From Mobula hypostoma (Eukaryota): a stretch of DNA of 64,000 nt. Where the stretch lies: contig NC_086097.1 of the NCBI RefSeq assembly GCF_963921235.1, positions 193,008,001 to 193,072,000 on the forward strand. Reading direction: 5' to 3'. The position numbers were made by a program, and so were the translations under genes. The notes below the pieces were generated by a model. That model was not told the origin of the DNA, ran no database searches, and saw only the letters and a list, made by a program, of their open reading frames with translations. Shown one piece after another: positions 41,179 through 55,294 of the stretch; within the stretch, counting starts at the first letter, position 1, and the number at the start of each line of letters is the position of its first letter.

Positions 41179-41393
41179 GTTCCTCAAGATGAATGGAGTG
41201 GCTTTTCACCACAAGGCAAGGAAGATGAAATTCCTTGTCGGCGGATGCGCAGTGGCAGTTATATTAAAGCAATGGGGGATGACGATAGTGGGGACTCAGA
41301 CACCAGTCCCAAACCGTCTCCAAAAATTGCTGCACGACGAGAGAGCTATCTCAAGGCCACCCAACCATCCCTAACAGAGCTCAGCACACTCAA
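41179..41393 (+). CDS. DLGAP1: DLGAP1 coding exon (215 nt), GK-binding repeats 1-2
   Basis: Read by hand, not in the ORF track: VPQDEWSGFSPQGKEDEIPCRRMRSGSYIKAMGDDDSGDSDTSPKPSPKIAARRESYLKATQPSLTELSTL(K); actAG acceptor, AA|GTAAGT donor; phase 0 to 2. Confidence 0.96.
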
Positions 41394-41469
41394 GTAAGTA
41401 ACTGTGCTTGGTTAAAATACCAGTTAGTAGGTTAGTACTCAGTGCTGATCCCCATTTGCCCAGAGAATA

Positions 41470-42585
41470 CAGGCAACCCCTATGTTACTGAAGTGCTTAT
41501 TCTAAGAAAACTATTTCATGATTTTCTGGAATGTGAACCCCTTTATCCCATTGAATCCCATGATTTTCTGTAAGGCAAATCCCTTTATCCTGTTGAATCC
41601 CATGATTTTCTGTATTGTACACCCCTATATCCCATTGAATCCCATGATTTTCTATATGGCAAATCCCTTTATCCCATTGAATCCCATGATTTTCTATATG
41701 GCAAATCCTTTTATCCCAAAGAATCCCATGACTTTGTGTAATGTGAATCCCTTTATCCCATATCCCATGTTGTAATTGGGGTTACATTCCTACTGGTCGT
41801 TTTTCTCTTATACAAAGCCAGTTTATCAATAATGACAAAGTGATCCACTGCCTTTACTTAGCACCTGAGGCCAACACTAGACTTGAGGAACAGGCAAGGC
41901 TCATGCAGAGGAAACAACACATTTAGTCAGTTTTTATTTTTAGTCACCTAATACTGTGGGCCGGTAAGATTGGATATGACATCACAATGTTGGTTGGCAA
42001 TCATAGGGGAGATCTTCCTTGGCCACATCATCTCCGGTCTGAGGGCCTGTGAACAGAAGTCTCAGAATGCAGTGCTACTGTGAGGCAATTACCCTGAAAT
42101 GCAAAGCCCGGGGAGAAGGAAAGGATTTAGGAAGTTTGGAAGGGATGATACTTTGGGATTGTGGTTCATGAGAGAAGGGTAGTATCAAAGGAATTCAGTG
42201 GATTAAAGCATGATGATTTAGTGAAAATAGACTAAAGGACGTCGGAATATCTTAAGGAGTTGTAAATGGCTTCGACTGCTCCCCTCAGTGCAGCATATCA
42301 GAGCAAATGCCTCACAGGTGAAGAGCATAGCAACCCTGTGTTCTGAGGCATCTATTCACTTGTCCTCATACTGAAATGGTGTGACATCGTATTCAGACCA
42401 TATGTCTGAGTACTAAAAGTAAAAACATGACAATATTTGCATTTTGTGTTTGAAAATTTATTTTCTTCAAATAAATTCCTAAATTCAAAATCTATTTGTA
42501 ACCTCAAAAGTTTTGGGCAATAATTTGTGAATTCTGTAAGGGCAAATTCCCGCAATTCACGCAGCCATATACCAAGGGTTGCCTG
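41470..42585. mobile_element. Non-autonomous pogo/Tigger-like DNA transposon
   Basis: TA-CAGGCAACCC ... GGGTTGCCTG-TA: perfect 10-bp TIRs with TA flanks; no transposase ORF. Confidence 0.65.
41517..41769 (+). repeat. 42-bp minisatellite, about 6 copies
   Basis: Unit catgattttct-N-aatccctttatcccattgaatcc starting at 41517, 41559, 41601, 41643, 41685, 41727. Confidence 0.95.
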
Positions 42586-43259
42586 TAATTGTGGGTATTC
42601 TGCAGTGGTCTGCAGAGGCTTGCTACGATTAAGTGGCATACCTGATTAGAGGCACTAAGTATAAGCCATATGACGTGGTAATGACATGGTAACTGGCTAG
42701 TGAGTTTTCAGTTTCTAAAAACTGAATGGAGTAAATATGCATGACAAACAAAATAAGCATGGGGATCACAATGTATAATTAAATTGTTCCAGTTATGTCC
42801 AGTCCAGGCAGCATGAAAACTTTGCTCTGCATGATACCAATTTGGAATTGTAATGTCACCTGTAGCTCCCCAAAAGAACAAGTACTATGGAACTTAATTT
42901 CCTGACCACATTACCTAGTTTGAAATTTAGAAACGTACTGTTTTTTCTCTAATTTTCTTCTGTGTGGAAATATTATATATTATTATCATGCATAGAGAAG
43001 TAAACTTTGGGAATTGTTATTTTGTTTATAATTTTGGAAAATTAATAAAAAGATTTAAAAAGAGAAGTAAACTTTAGGAATAAATGCATATCATCTTAAG
43101 AACCTCCCCAGAAGTAGGAATATTTTAAGGAATATTATTGTAAATGAAGCAATTTTTTTAAATTATTCTGAATTTAGATAAAAACATTTAGAAATATGCT
43201 GTCCTATTGTTATCCTGGAAGCAAATGGAATAATGAGCAGGGGATTGAATCTAAGGTCA

Positions 43260-43560
43260 AGATGTTTTTATTATTTGGAGATACAATGCAGAACAGCCCC
43301 TTCCGTCCCAATGAGCCACACTGTACAGCAACCCACATTTTTAATACTAGCCTTATCACAGGACAATTTACAATGACCAATTCACCTACTGCCCGTTTCA
43401 TCTTTGGATTGTGGGAGGAAACCGGAGCATCTGGTGGAAACCAATACAGTCAAGGCGAGCGTTTGTAAACTCCTCACAGGCAGAGTCTGAACTGAACTCC
43501 AAACTCCGGATTGCCCCATGCTGTAATAGTGACATACTAACCACTGTGCTACCATGACAA
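43260..43560 (-). mobile_element. V-SINE (HE1-like)
   Basis: tctttggattgtgggaggaaaccggagca...ggaaacc...tgtaaactcctcacag: V-domain in reverse. Confidence 0.8.
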
Positions 43561-44239
43561 CCTATGCATTCCAGTATCTAAGGCGCATGATTGTTTCACA
43601 GTAAGTTCATAATGCAGGAGCAGCCAGTAAGGAAAGAATGCACTGTCACTAAGTAAAAAATTAAATTAAAACTCTCATATTTGTTACTCATTCAGAATTC
43701 TCTGCCCTACATTTGAACTACTCTTTGACTTATCGAGGACTAGGTGAGGGAAGCAAGGAATCACATACTGGCTTGGCTAAACACCATTAGTTGTCCCTTC
43801 ATAGCCTGCGACTTAGATTTACAGGATATATTAAAAAAAAGTAACCATAGTTATAAAACTTCACTACCAGTTCCAGTCCATAGTTACAATACATTAAAGT
43901 TACTCATGTAATTCTCCAGTTACTGAATGCAATTTTGGGCACCTCGTATTGGAAAAGACTTCAAAGCCATTTAAGTTATAAATTCATCCGGTGATACCAG
44001 GCACGGAAGCCACAGCAATGAGGAAACCTGAGGAGGCTAATTAATTTGAAACTCACACAATAATGAGAGAAAGGTTTGGAAGGATACTTTGCAAATGGAA
44101 TTGTTAAAACTTGGCCCAACCACAGGGTGAGACAAATTACAGAATCTATATTGGATAAAGGCATAAGTTATTACAGATAAATACTTCAGCTTGAGAAGAT
44201 ACTTAGCTGTAGCAAAAATCTGAGAAGAAAAATTAGTTT

Positions 44240-44660
44240 TATAGAACATAGAGCATAAAAATCTACAGCACATTATAGGCCCTTCCGCCCACACTAATGT
44301 GTTGACCATTTAACCTACTCTAGAAACTGCCTAGAATTACTCTACTGCATAGCCCTCCTATCTAAGAGTCTCTTAAAAGACCCTATTGTATCCGCATCCA
44401 CCATCGATGCTGGCAGAGCATTCCATGCACCCACCACTCTGTGTGGGAAAAACTTACCTCTGACATTCCCCTTACACCTACTTCCAAGCACCTTAAAACT
44501 ATGCCATCTCAGCCCAGGGAAAAAGCCTCTGGCTATCCACACAATCAATGTCTCTCATCATCTTCTACACCTCTATCATGTCACCTCTCCATCCTCTATC
44601 GCTCCAAGGGGAAAAGACCTTGTTCACTCAACTTATTCCAATAAAGCATGCTCTCCAAAG
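44240..44660 (-). mobile_element. CR1 3' fragment
   Basis: VRGKFFPHRVVGAWNALP; tail tagaacatagagcata. Confidence 0.8.
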
Positions 44661-44713
44661 CAGAGACTCTTCAAACACAGAGTCATTACAAACATAATGG
44701 AGCAGATGTTTTT

Positions 44714-45425
44714 CTGAATCAGAATCAGGTTTATCATCACTGGAATGTGACGTGAAATTTGTTACCTTGGCAGCAGTACAGTGCAATACATAATATAAAA
44801 GGAAAAAAAGCAATAATATTAATAGATCAATTAATCAATTACAATATACATATAGCAAATAGGTTAAAAATTGTGCAAAAAACAGAAATACTATATATTT
44901 AAAAAGTGAGGTAGTGTTCAAGGGTTCAATGTCCATTTACGAATTGGATGGCAGAGGGGAAGAAGCTGTTCCTGAATCACTGAGTGTATGCCTTCAGGGT
45001 TCTGTACCTCCTACCCAATAGCAACAGTGGGAAGAGGGTATGCCCTGGGTGCTGGAGGTCCTTAATAATGGATGCTGCCTTTCTGAGACACCGCTCCTTG
45101 AAGATGTCCTGGATACTTTGTAGGCTAGTACCCAAGATGGAGCCAACTAAATTTACGATCCTCCGCAGCTTTTTTCAGTCCTGTGCAGTAGATCCAATAT
45201 CAGACAGTGAAGCAGCCTGTCAGAATGTTCTCCATGGTATATCTATCGAAGTTTCTGAGTGTATTTGTTGACATACCAAATCTCTTCAAACTCCTAATGG
45301 AGTATAGCCTCTGTCTTGCCTTCTTTGTAACTACATCAATATGTTGGGACCGGGTTAGTTCCTCAGAGATCTTGACACCCAGGAACTTGAAACTGCTCAC
45401 TCTCTCCATTTCTGATCCCTCCATG
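44714..45425 (-). mobile_element. Rex1/Babar 3' fragment
   Basis: MERVSSFKFLGVKISEEL...KKARQRLY...ENILTGC; tail ctgaatcagaatc. Confidence 0.85.
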
Positions 45426-46579
45426 AGGATTTTCTGTGTTGAAAACAACTGGAATAATAGGAATCCAAAGTCAGAGTGAAGAATATGGTATAGATTTAAG
45501 AGTTAAAAAGGATAAGCATGTAGAGATAAGGGACTTAAAAACCAACTCAAGTACTCTACAAGTGAATCCTTAGTAACTGGGGGTATTGGTGATGACTGAA
45601 AAGAACAAATTAAAGCAGGACATTTAAAATCTGCCAAATTTGTAGCTGTAATATTAAGTTGAAGTTGGAGACTCAAGAGAGCAGATACTGGAATATGGAG
45701 CAACAAGTAATCTCCTGAAGGACCTCATATAGCATCTGTAGGAAGAAAAGAATTATCAGCATTGCAGATCATGTCACGGTTAGATTTGATGCAGGGTTTT
45801 GATCAAAAATGCCAACAATTCCATTCCTCCCGCAGGTGCTGCTCGACAGGCTGAGTTACTCCAGCACATTGTTTGTTGGTTAAGTTGTAGGTCCTTTCAG
45901 AGAATGTGGCAATAATGAACTAGTGTTTGCTGACCAAGCAATGCAAATCATTGACAGTGAACACACATTATCTACATAAATATACAGTATTTATTATTAT
46001 TTGTTCTATGCTTTTCATTATTTAATTTTTGTCCAACTATTTTCAAAGTCCTTGTTCATTGTGCCTGCGGGCAGCTCTTCATTTTCTGTGGTTGTGGTTC
46101 AATCACTGATCATGGCTCATTCAACCTTGCCGATCAACAGAGGCAGTCATCATGGCAGGCAGTACCCTGGGGAGCCATGGAAATGCAAGATGCAGTCATG
46201 TAGTTACTGTCAAATGTGGTCAGGTCAAGCTTGATCCAGGCAAATATTTATTGAACAAATTGTACCAATAACATTGTGAGGAAGAAATCATTTATGAAAT
46301 ACAATTTGTAACAAATTACTGGCTAATATCTTTGTGAAAACAACATTTCATAATTAACATCCATGACATTTTCATGAAATTCCTGCATTCTTATAGTAGT
46401 TTTACATTAAACTCACTATAGAGTTACGTCTAGTACTTAATGAATATGGTAATTAACACTGGCAGTACCTTCCAGAGCCTTAATAAAGGCTAATATTTTT
46501 TAACCCAAAAAGTAATCAACCATAATTGGGGAGACTTAGTCTATTACTTAGTTGCTTGCGATTTTAAACATATTAAGTT

Positions 46580-47113
46580 TACTCACTGGCCACTTTATTA
46601 GGTACAGCAGTGTATATGTTTGTGGTTTTCTGCTGCTGTAGCCCATCCACTTCACAGTTTGACGTGTGGTGCTTTCAGAGATGCTCTTCTGCATGCCACT
46701 GTTGTACCACAAGGTTATTTGAGTTATTGTTACCTTCCTGTCAGCTTGAACCAGTCTGACCATTCTCTTCTGATCTCTCTCATTAACAAGGCACCTTTAC
46801 CCAGAGAACTACCACTCACTGGATTTATTTTTTGTTTTGCGCGCCATTCGCTGAGATTGTTGTTAATGAAAATCGCAGATCAGCGGTTTCTGAGATACAT
46901 GCACTGCACCGTACAGCACCAACAATCATTTCAAGGTCAAAGTCGCTTAGACCACATTTCTTCCTCATTCTTTTATCTGGTCTGAACAACACTGAACCTC
47001 CTGACCATGTCTGCATGCTTTATGCAGTTAATTGCTGTCACATAATTGGTTGGTTAGATATTTACATTAACATGTAGGTGTACTGGTATACCTACTAAAG
47101 TGGCCACTGACTA
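46580..47113. mobile_element. Internally deleted Tc1-like element
   Basis: TIRs actcactggccactttattaggta / tacctactaaagtggccactga; HTH-region remnant RLVQADRKVTITQIT...MGYSSRKP on minus. Confidence 0.85.
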
Positions 47114-47584
47114 TATATTTTTTTCTTTTTTTCTCTGCCTAACTCAATTACTCACTGCTTTTTATTTCTTTTTCTATAACATACATTGAATCTTTCTCAA
47201 GAATTTGTCTCAATCATTCTCCATCTTTGTTTTTCCACTTTGTATTTCTTGACCATGTAAACTCAATAATTCATACATATTGTTTGTCCCATTGTTCATC
47301 ATGGTGTATTGGCCTCCAAAACTGTTAAATCTTATGAATGAAACATTTAAAGCTTAAAGATGCAGAAACAATTCCAAATGTGAAGTACAAGATGCCCTGC
47401 TTCAGCAAACTTTTCCCCATTAGGTATGTTTTCACCTTACAGATGCTAGAGTTCAGAAGAATAAGATATCTGATTAAAACAAAAACTCCTGATGAGAATG
47501 GACAGATTAGTTAAGGAAAGGTGTTACTAATGGTCAGAAATTCCTTATCCAAGGATCTTAGGTAGGATGTCCCTTAGTGGAAGA

Positions 47585-49440
47585 ATAGACCATAAGACAT
47601 AGGAACAGAATAAGACAATTCAGCCCATCGAGTCCTCTCCGCCATTTCTTCGTGGCTGATCCTGGATCCCATTCAACCCCATACACCTGCCCTCTTACCA
47701 TATCCCTTGATGCCCCAACCAATCAGGAAAATTTTCACTTTAAATACACCCACGGACTTGGCCTCCACCACAGTATGTGGCAGAGCATTCCACAGATTCA
47801 CCACTCTTTGGCTAAAAAAATTCCTCCTTAACTCTGTTCTAAAAGATCGTGCCTTAATTTTGAGACTGTTTCCTCTAATTCTGGATACCCCCACCAAAGG
47901 AAACATCCCCTCCACATCCGCCTCATCTAGTCCTTTCAACATTCAGTAGGTTTCAATGAGATCCCCCACAGCTTTCTAAATTCCAGTGAGAACAGGCCTA
48001 AAGCTGCCAAACACTCCTCATATGTTAACCCCTTCATTCCCGGAATCATCCTCGTGAATCCTTATTTACAAGGATGTTGCCTGGATTGGAGGGAGTACCT
48101 TATAAGAATAGATTGAGTGCACTTGGCCTTTTCTCCTTGGAGCAACAGAGGATGAGACGTGACCTGATCGAGGTGTACAGGATGATGAGAGGCATTGATC
48201 GTGTGGGTAGCCAGAGACTTTTTCCCAGGGCTGAAATGGCTAACATGAGGGGGCATAGTTTTAAGGTGCTTGGAAATAGGAACCGAGGGGATGTCCGGGG
48301 TAAGTTTTCACACAGAAAGTGGTGGGTGCGTGGAATGCATTGCCAGTGACAGCGGTGGAAATGGATACAATAGGGTCTTTTAGGAGCTTCTTAGGTAGAT
48401 ACATGGAGCTTAGAAAAATAGAGAGCTATGCACTAGGGAAATTCTCAGCAGTTTTTAGAGTAGGTTACATGGTCAGCACAAGATTGTGGGCCAAAGGGCC
48501 TGTAATATGCTGTAAATTTCTATGTTCTATATTCTAACCTCCTCTGGACTCTCTCCAATGACTACACATCCTTTCTGAGATAAGGGGCCCAAAACTATTG
48601 ACAATACTTCAAGTGTGGCCTGAGCAGTATCTTATAAAGTTTCAGCATTATCTCTTTGTTTTTATATTCTATTCCCTGTGAAATAAAAGCTAACATTGCA
48701 TTTGCTTTCTTTACCACAGACTCAACTTGTGAATTAACCTTCTGGGAGTCTTGAACGAGGATTCCTAAGTCCCTTTGCACCTCTAATGTTTGAACCTTTT
48801 CCCCATTTAGATAATAGTCCACACTGTTGTTCCTTTTACCAAAATGTATTATCATACATTTCCCAACACTGTGTTCCATCTGCCACTTTTTTACCCATTA
48901 TTTCAATTTGTCTAAGTCCTGCTATGCTGCAATCACAGTGCTTCTTCAGCACTACCTACCCCTCCACCTATCTTCGTATCCTCCACAAACTTTGCCACAA
49001 AGCCATCAATTCCATTATCCAGATCATTGACAAACAACTTGAAAAATAGCGGTCCCAATACTGACCCCTGAGGAACACCACTAGTCACAGGCAGCCAACC
49101 AGAAAAGGCCCCTTTTATTCCCACTCGCTATCTCCTGCCTGTCAGCTGTTCCTCTGTCCATGCCAGTATATTTCCAGTAACCCCATAGGATTTTACCTGT
49201 TAAACAACTTCATGAGAGGCACCTTGTCAAATGCCTTCTGAAAATCAAAGTAAATCTAAGTAAAATCTAAGAAAATCCACTGTCTTTCCTTTGTCCACCC
49301 CGCTTGTTACTTCCTCGAAGAACTCTAAAAGATTTATCAAGCAAGAGTTCCCGTCACAGAAACCATGCTGACTCTGACGTATTGTTTCATTAGTCTCCAA
49401 GTACCCTGAATAATGGACTCCAGCACTTTCCCAACCACAG
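47585..49440 (-). mobile_element. CR1 RT/3' fragment carrying a nested opposite-strand CR1 3' fragment (48062-48535)
   Basis: SGVPQGSVLGP, KKANAMLAFI, RNFFSQRVVNLWNALP on minus; LGLFSLEQQRMRRDLIEVY on plus with ttctat tail. Confidence 0.85.
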
Positions 49441-51764
49441 ATTGGGAAAGATTGTTCATTAAGAGCTGTCTGAATTTAGAGGATTAAATAAACAGTCATT
49501 GAGGATTCTCAGAGCAATAGGAATGGTCACTATCTTTGATAACAAGCAATTCAGAGGACGAATTCTTAATTTGTTTGAATGAGATGATAGAGCTATTTCA
49601 GGACCATGGCTCTGCAGCTACAGAAATCTACAGCAGACGTGGAAACACGTGGGAAGAGATATTTTAATGAGCTAATTTCAATTGAGCCTGGCACAGATAA
49701 TACCTCTGCAGAATGTCATAACTTTTGCTAAAGATCTCACTCAGAGTTTGCAACGTTTTGCTGTTAACGGAATTACTGAATGGTCTGAATCAAGCATTGG
49801 ATACATATATCACATTACATTGAACAGAGAGACTATTCAAAAGCTCCAAATATCTTGGGAGAAATGTGTATTATATGTGTACAATAGAGTGTAGCTGTAA
49901 TATGATACCACGCTAAGAATAGTTTTGGTAGATTTGTGAGCAATAGACAGAGAAAGTCAAAAATTTATTTGTGAGTTCAAAGGGGACAACAGAAGAGAAG
50001 GAAAGCCCATTATAGAAACCTGAATGCAGGACAGTATAAATGGAGAGGCACAAAGAGAGAGAGAAAGCAACCAAAGCAGAAGATTGTGGAGACTCAAAAT
50101 CATGCTGTCAAATAATGTAGAAAATGGTTATACAGCTTTATCTATAATAGCTGATCTGTTATTAACTTGATTAAGTTGAGACATAGATAAGGAGAATGCA
50201 CTATTTTTTCCCAGTGCTAGAAAATCAAGTAATAGAGGGCATAGGTTAAAGATGAGAAGGGAAAGATTTTGTAGGAACCTGGGGGGTAACTTTCTCACTC
50301 CGGGTATAATGTTATAGTTGGTTTTTTGGAGGTATGTAATGCAATGTACTCATACTCCAGTTACAGAGATAATTATAAGATGTGACATTTCAGCTAAAGG
50401 ATATAATATTAGCTGTGTAGGAAGCCAATGTGGCAAAGTGATCCATTGAAATTACTAATACCTGGACTGGATACATTTGGACTTCATTGCCCTAGAATCT
50501 AGCTTGCTGACCTACAGTACAGTGAAATAGATAAGTGAACAGCAAGTATTGGAAGACACCTGGCTGACTACTGCTACAGGTCCACGATGTTCAAAGAAAG
50601 CTCTTAATATTCTTAAACACAAGCAATTCTGCAGATACTAGAAATTCAGAGCAACACACATAAAATGCTGGAGGCACATTGTCTGTTTATATATACTTCT
50701 TCATAGATACTGCCTGACCTACTGAGTTCCTCCAGAATGTTGTATGTGTTGCACACAATTCTCTGTTTATATCTCAGAACATATTATTTGTGGCTTTTTC
50801 AACCTACATCATGATGCCCTTTTGGGGATATACCCTTATCATTCTCCACCGTACCCATTCATCTTATTTTACAACAAATAAGGTACTTGTGCTGTCTGTT
50901 TTTTCCATCCTTTGTTGCACATCATTGGGTTCTGAATGGTTCAGACCACCTCTCCTCTCAGTCCCTGTATGGCATCTGTTGTCGCTCTGGTGGACACAGT
51001 TACTCAAAATATTACACCAAAAATGGATTAAATTAGATTAGATCAAATCAGATTAGATGAACTCTAACGAATGTAAGGAAAGCCTTTCTTGGACATATTC
51101 TTGAATCAGGTGATGGACATGAAACACTGTTCATTCAACTCTATTCTAGCTGGTGGTCTTGCACAGTTAATACAAACTCATTACCAAGAGATTTTACGAT
51201 GGCAACAAATCCAATCCCAATCAGTGTCTAATAAAACAGTAACACATTGCATATCAAGGACCCATGGCTGAAGAGAATTCAAAAGGTTCATCTTAAAACT
51301 CAACAGAAAATACTGTACTATCTCTCTTTTAACTCATGCAAACTGTTCATGAAGTCATTCACCAAACTTCGAGTCTCTCAGTGGTCTCTTGCTCAGTACA
51401 TTGTATTCACCAACCACCAGCTTCCAAGAACATTGCCATCCAACAATCCCAAACCATGATTAAGTAGACCATGAAAAGTAGTGGCATCTATCTTCAGAAC
51501 TTCACAAAATTCTTCTTCTATGACTTTTGAATACCTATTTGTCACAGCATTCTTGTTTATTTCCTTTATTACATTTGCAGATACTGGTGTCAATGGAACC
51601 TCCAAGAATTCCATTTTGAATACCTTGATGTTCTATAGTGGGATGATATGAAAATTACAGATCTAAAACAATTTCTAAAGCGAAGATAGCACTGGCGAGA
51701 CATGGTGACGTTTTGCAAACAGGAAACAAAATTAATAACAGTTCTACTAAATGTACTTTCTTGA

Positions 51765-52400
51765 ACTGAAATGAAATATCTTTATTGTCATTGCATAGCA
51801 CAGTTGTCATGCAGCAATACAACAAAAATGAGCTTGCAACTCTCATACTCAATGCTATAAAGCAACAAATAAAATAAATAAACAATAAATTAAATCAAGT
51901 ATCCAGCCAGTACAAGCCATGTCCAGCAGTACAAAAACACAACTCAGGTGCATGACAGCCATAAAACCAGTATTAAAGTAGCAATATAACAAATTTATGG
52001 ATGATGCTTGATCAATTGGTTAGAGCAATTATAGCTCTGGGGAAAAAGCTATTTTTTAGTCTGAAAGTGCGGGCATAGAAAATCTTATAACATCTGCCAG
52101 ATGGAAGACATTCAAACAGATGATTGCATGGGTGTGTGTTGTCCTTACAAATGCTTGTAGCTTTCTTAGGACAATGTTCACTACAATCTGCAGCCTGTAA
52201 TTTTCCACTGGGAGGTCTGTTTTTGAACCATCTGTACAACCTGCCGTTTTTGTGGTATCCTGAAATATTCGCAAAATGTATTCTCAAGCATGCAGGTAGG
52301 ACCATGGTGGCCATTGCTGAAGTGGCCTTGGGGTTGGACTGTAGCTGCAGGGCCTGAGTCCAAGAGCAAATAATGAACCGATGTTTAAGTTCCAAACCAG
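51765..52400 (-). mobile_element. Rex1/Babar-like 3' fragment
   Basis: HPCNHLFECLPSGRCY...RLKNSFFPRAI; tail tgaactgaaatgaaat. Confidence 0.7.
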
Positions 52401-55002
52401 ATTTAAAAAGATTTACACATCAAGGCCAAAGATGGAGGGCAAACCGATGTTCAGCTCATTACCCCAGAAGGCTTGCCTCAGTGCTGAAATGACTCTGTAG
52501 CTGCAGCCTGCAGCCATCAGCACTCACATCAACAATGAACCTTGCTCCACAGCTGTGGCCTGCCCCTCCCTTTTGTCCGGAGCCTCTTCTCCCAGGGATT
52601 CCTCATCAGAGTTTCTTCGAGGAGTGGGTACCAGCAATGAGATATGGTCTCGACTGTATAGAAGGTTGGTGCTCCATGGAATGGGGTAACTATCAATTCA
52701 ACTTGCTACTTATTTTCATGTGAGATCATGGATCCTTATTTGTCCAGTAAAGGCTGATGGCCATATTGCTCCAGTAACACTTTGCATTTTTGATATTGTG
52801 AAAAGTCAGTGATTGCGTCATAGGATTTTTGTCAGATAAAATCTGACACCAACTTTCTGTTAACCATAATATTGCTCTTTTTGAGTCTTTTACTTGTTTT
52901 AGCTTCCTGCCAATCTTCTCCATCCTACTACAACTGAGTCATCTAACCACCCCCAGCTTTCCCACTGTGATGTGAATGAGCAAAACAGATTTTGTTATTT
53001 GCAGCAATATTAGCAGAGAAATTAGTTTTCTGTTTTAATAACCAATAGATAGTAAACTGAATTGGCAATTACTAATATCTGTTATTCATCATTATTATTC
53101 TCATAGATCTTTTAGGAACAAAAGATCATGAAGAATTGATATTGCTTATCTGAATACTGCAGAGCTTTTATTATTTTATAAAATTCATATCACTTCAGAT
53201 TTTTAGTTTTAAAGGAAAATACTTGGCCTCAAATTGCTGCAAAATAAAAAAAACCTACTTGAAGTAAACTAAACTAGTCTCATTCATCTCTCCTTCCAAA
53301 TGCTTTGCAGATGATTAGATACGACACCACATGTTTAATCTTTTTAAAACTGGTTTCCAAATTCATCTTCCCTTTCAAAACAATTCCCATTCAAAACTGA
53401 GGCAAGTTCCAGATTAATCTTTCCAAGTATTCACTAACTTGATTACATGTTACGAATTTCTGTGAGCACACTTTACAAAAGGGGCAGCTAAAAAATCTGC
53501 AGCAAGCTACTCATCTTAGAAACAGGAAGTCAACAATTTTTTCAGGCTAAATGGGTATTTCGTTTTACTCTGATGCCAAAGCAAGGATTTGCTCACAGCT
53601 GCCGTCTCATTCACAGGCTGCCTGCTGAAAAGCTGGTTGGCACTGTTAAAGTGAAGTCTCTATGTCAGCCACACAGTCTATCGTGGAAAAAGAGGGAAAG
53701 TGGAGAGGGAAGGAGCAATCAAAGGTGTCTTGCAGCATGAGAGAATCAAGGGCAAAAGAGGAAATGGTGAGAAGATTATGTAGCGTAGTAGTGTGAGATG
53801 TTGCCCATCCCACAATAGAACAGCCTTGTTCCACAAATGATTGACTGGCACAGCATCTATTGGGGCCACAGGATTCAGTACCTTGCACTGAGGTGCACTG
53901 AAACTGCTATCATTATTACTGCTACCTGGTTATGACGGGTAGCAAATGGAAGTTAGTTTGGCAGGCAGTGAGAATGGGCAGAAATTCTGCCATTAAAATA
54001 TGTAAAATATTTTAATATATGACTTATGCATTAAATGGCAGCCTCATATCCTGTCAGTTGTTTGGGTTTTCCAGACTATTTTCTGGACTGTTATTTTTTA
54101 TAGCTGATTCAGATTCAAATTTATTTATGCCATGTACATCGGAACATGCAGTGAAATGGATCATTTACATTAACGACCAAGGACATGGTGGGGGCAGCCC
54201 ACAAGTTGGTTCACATTCTGGTGCCAACAGTTAATGCCTGCAATGCTCGGCAGAACAACTCAGAACACAACAAAACGTCAACAGGAAGATGGGCCCCTAA
54301 CTCTAACTCCTCCACCCATTCATACAGAAAGTCCTCCAATTTCAGGATAAGCCTCCTTTCTCCAGGCTTCAGCCATCAGGCGGTGGGCAATTAACATTCT
54401 TCTAATTCCTTCATTTCATAGGATTAACTGCAGAATATACTCTTTCGTGTCAACTGTCCTTAAACATTATGTCTTGGTTAAAATAATCAGTTTGCACTGG
54501 GAACTTGGAGAAGTCAGCATCATCTAAATACAATATCCTTCTTGTGATTGTACTAATCACTCATGGCACCTTTCAGCACTCTTAACAGTCACTCTTTGGC
54601 ATATCCAGATCAATAGTCCTTAGTTATGATATTTGGTTGAAATAAATAGAACCATGGAGGTAGGAGATGTTAATGAATACCATGTTACACCTTCTCCCTA
54701 TTGTAGTGCCTAATGTTCATATCAGATTCTGAGTGGGAGTGAAAACTACCACAAAATCCTTGTGGACCCTGGCCTTGCTAGATAATGGTTCTTCAAATCA
54801 CAATACTTGTCACACAGAAACCTGACTTTAGGTATGGAGAAAATGGATGTTTGGATCTAAAAGTGCATATAGACCTGGTTGTAGCAGAAGATGAATCCAG
54901 ATATGCTTCCGGTTTGAAGAGAGCATTAGACATTGCGAATCACAACAAACGAAGTACAATGTACAGCTGAAGTATAAAAGTTTACTAATTAAAGGCAACA
55001 CA

Positions 55003-55230
55003 TCAGCATAGCGGTTAGTATAATGCTTTACAGTACCAGCAATCATGATGGGGTTCAGTTCCCACTCTCATGTAACTTTACATTCTCCCCGTGACCACTG
55101 AGTTTCCTCCAGGTGCTCTGCTTACCTCCCACATTCCAAAGGTGTACTGTTGGGGTCAGAGGTACTGAGTTGTGAGCATGCTATGTGGGCATTGGTTTGA
55201 GGACTGCCCCACTGCCCTATCTTGATCATT
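55003..55230 (+). mobile_element. V-SINE (HE1-like)
   Basis: tRNA-like head agcatagcggttag...gggttcagttccc and V-domain ttctccccgtgacc...gtttcctccaggtgctc...cctcccacattccaaa. Confidence 0.75.
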
Positions 55231-55294
55231 TCTGTATTGCTATTAAAATTTAAATTTTACAAAATTGTGATGGGTTACAGTCACACCCCACTAG

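Noticed and set aside
41517..41775. Regular repeats resembling a CRISPR array, and an 85-aa repetitive ORF
   Set aside because: Head-to-tail 42-bp units without unique spacers, no cas genes, vertebrate intron; the ORF follows from a unit length divisible by 3
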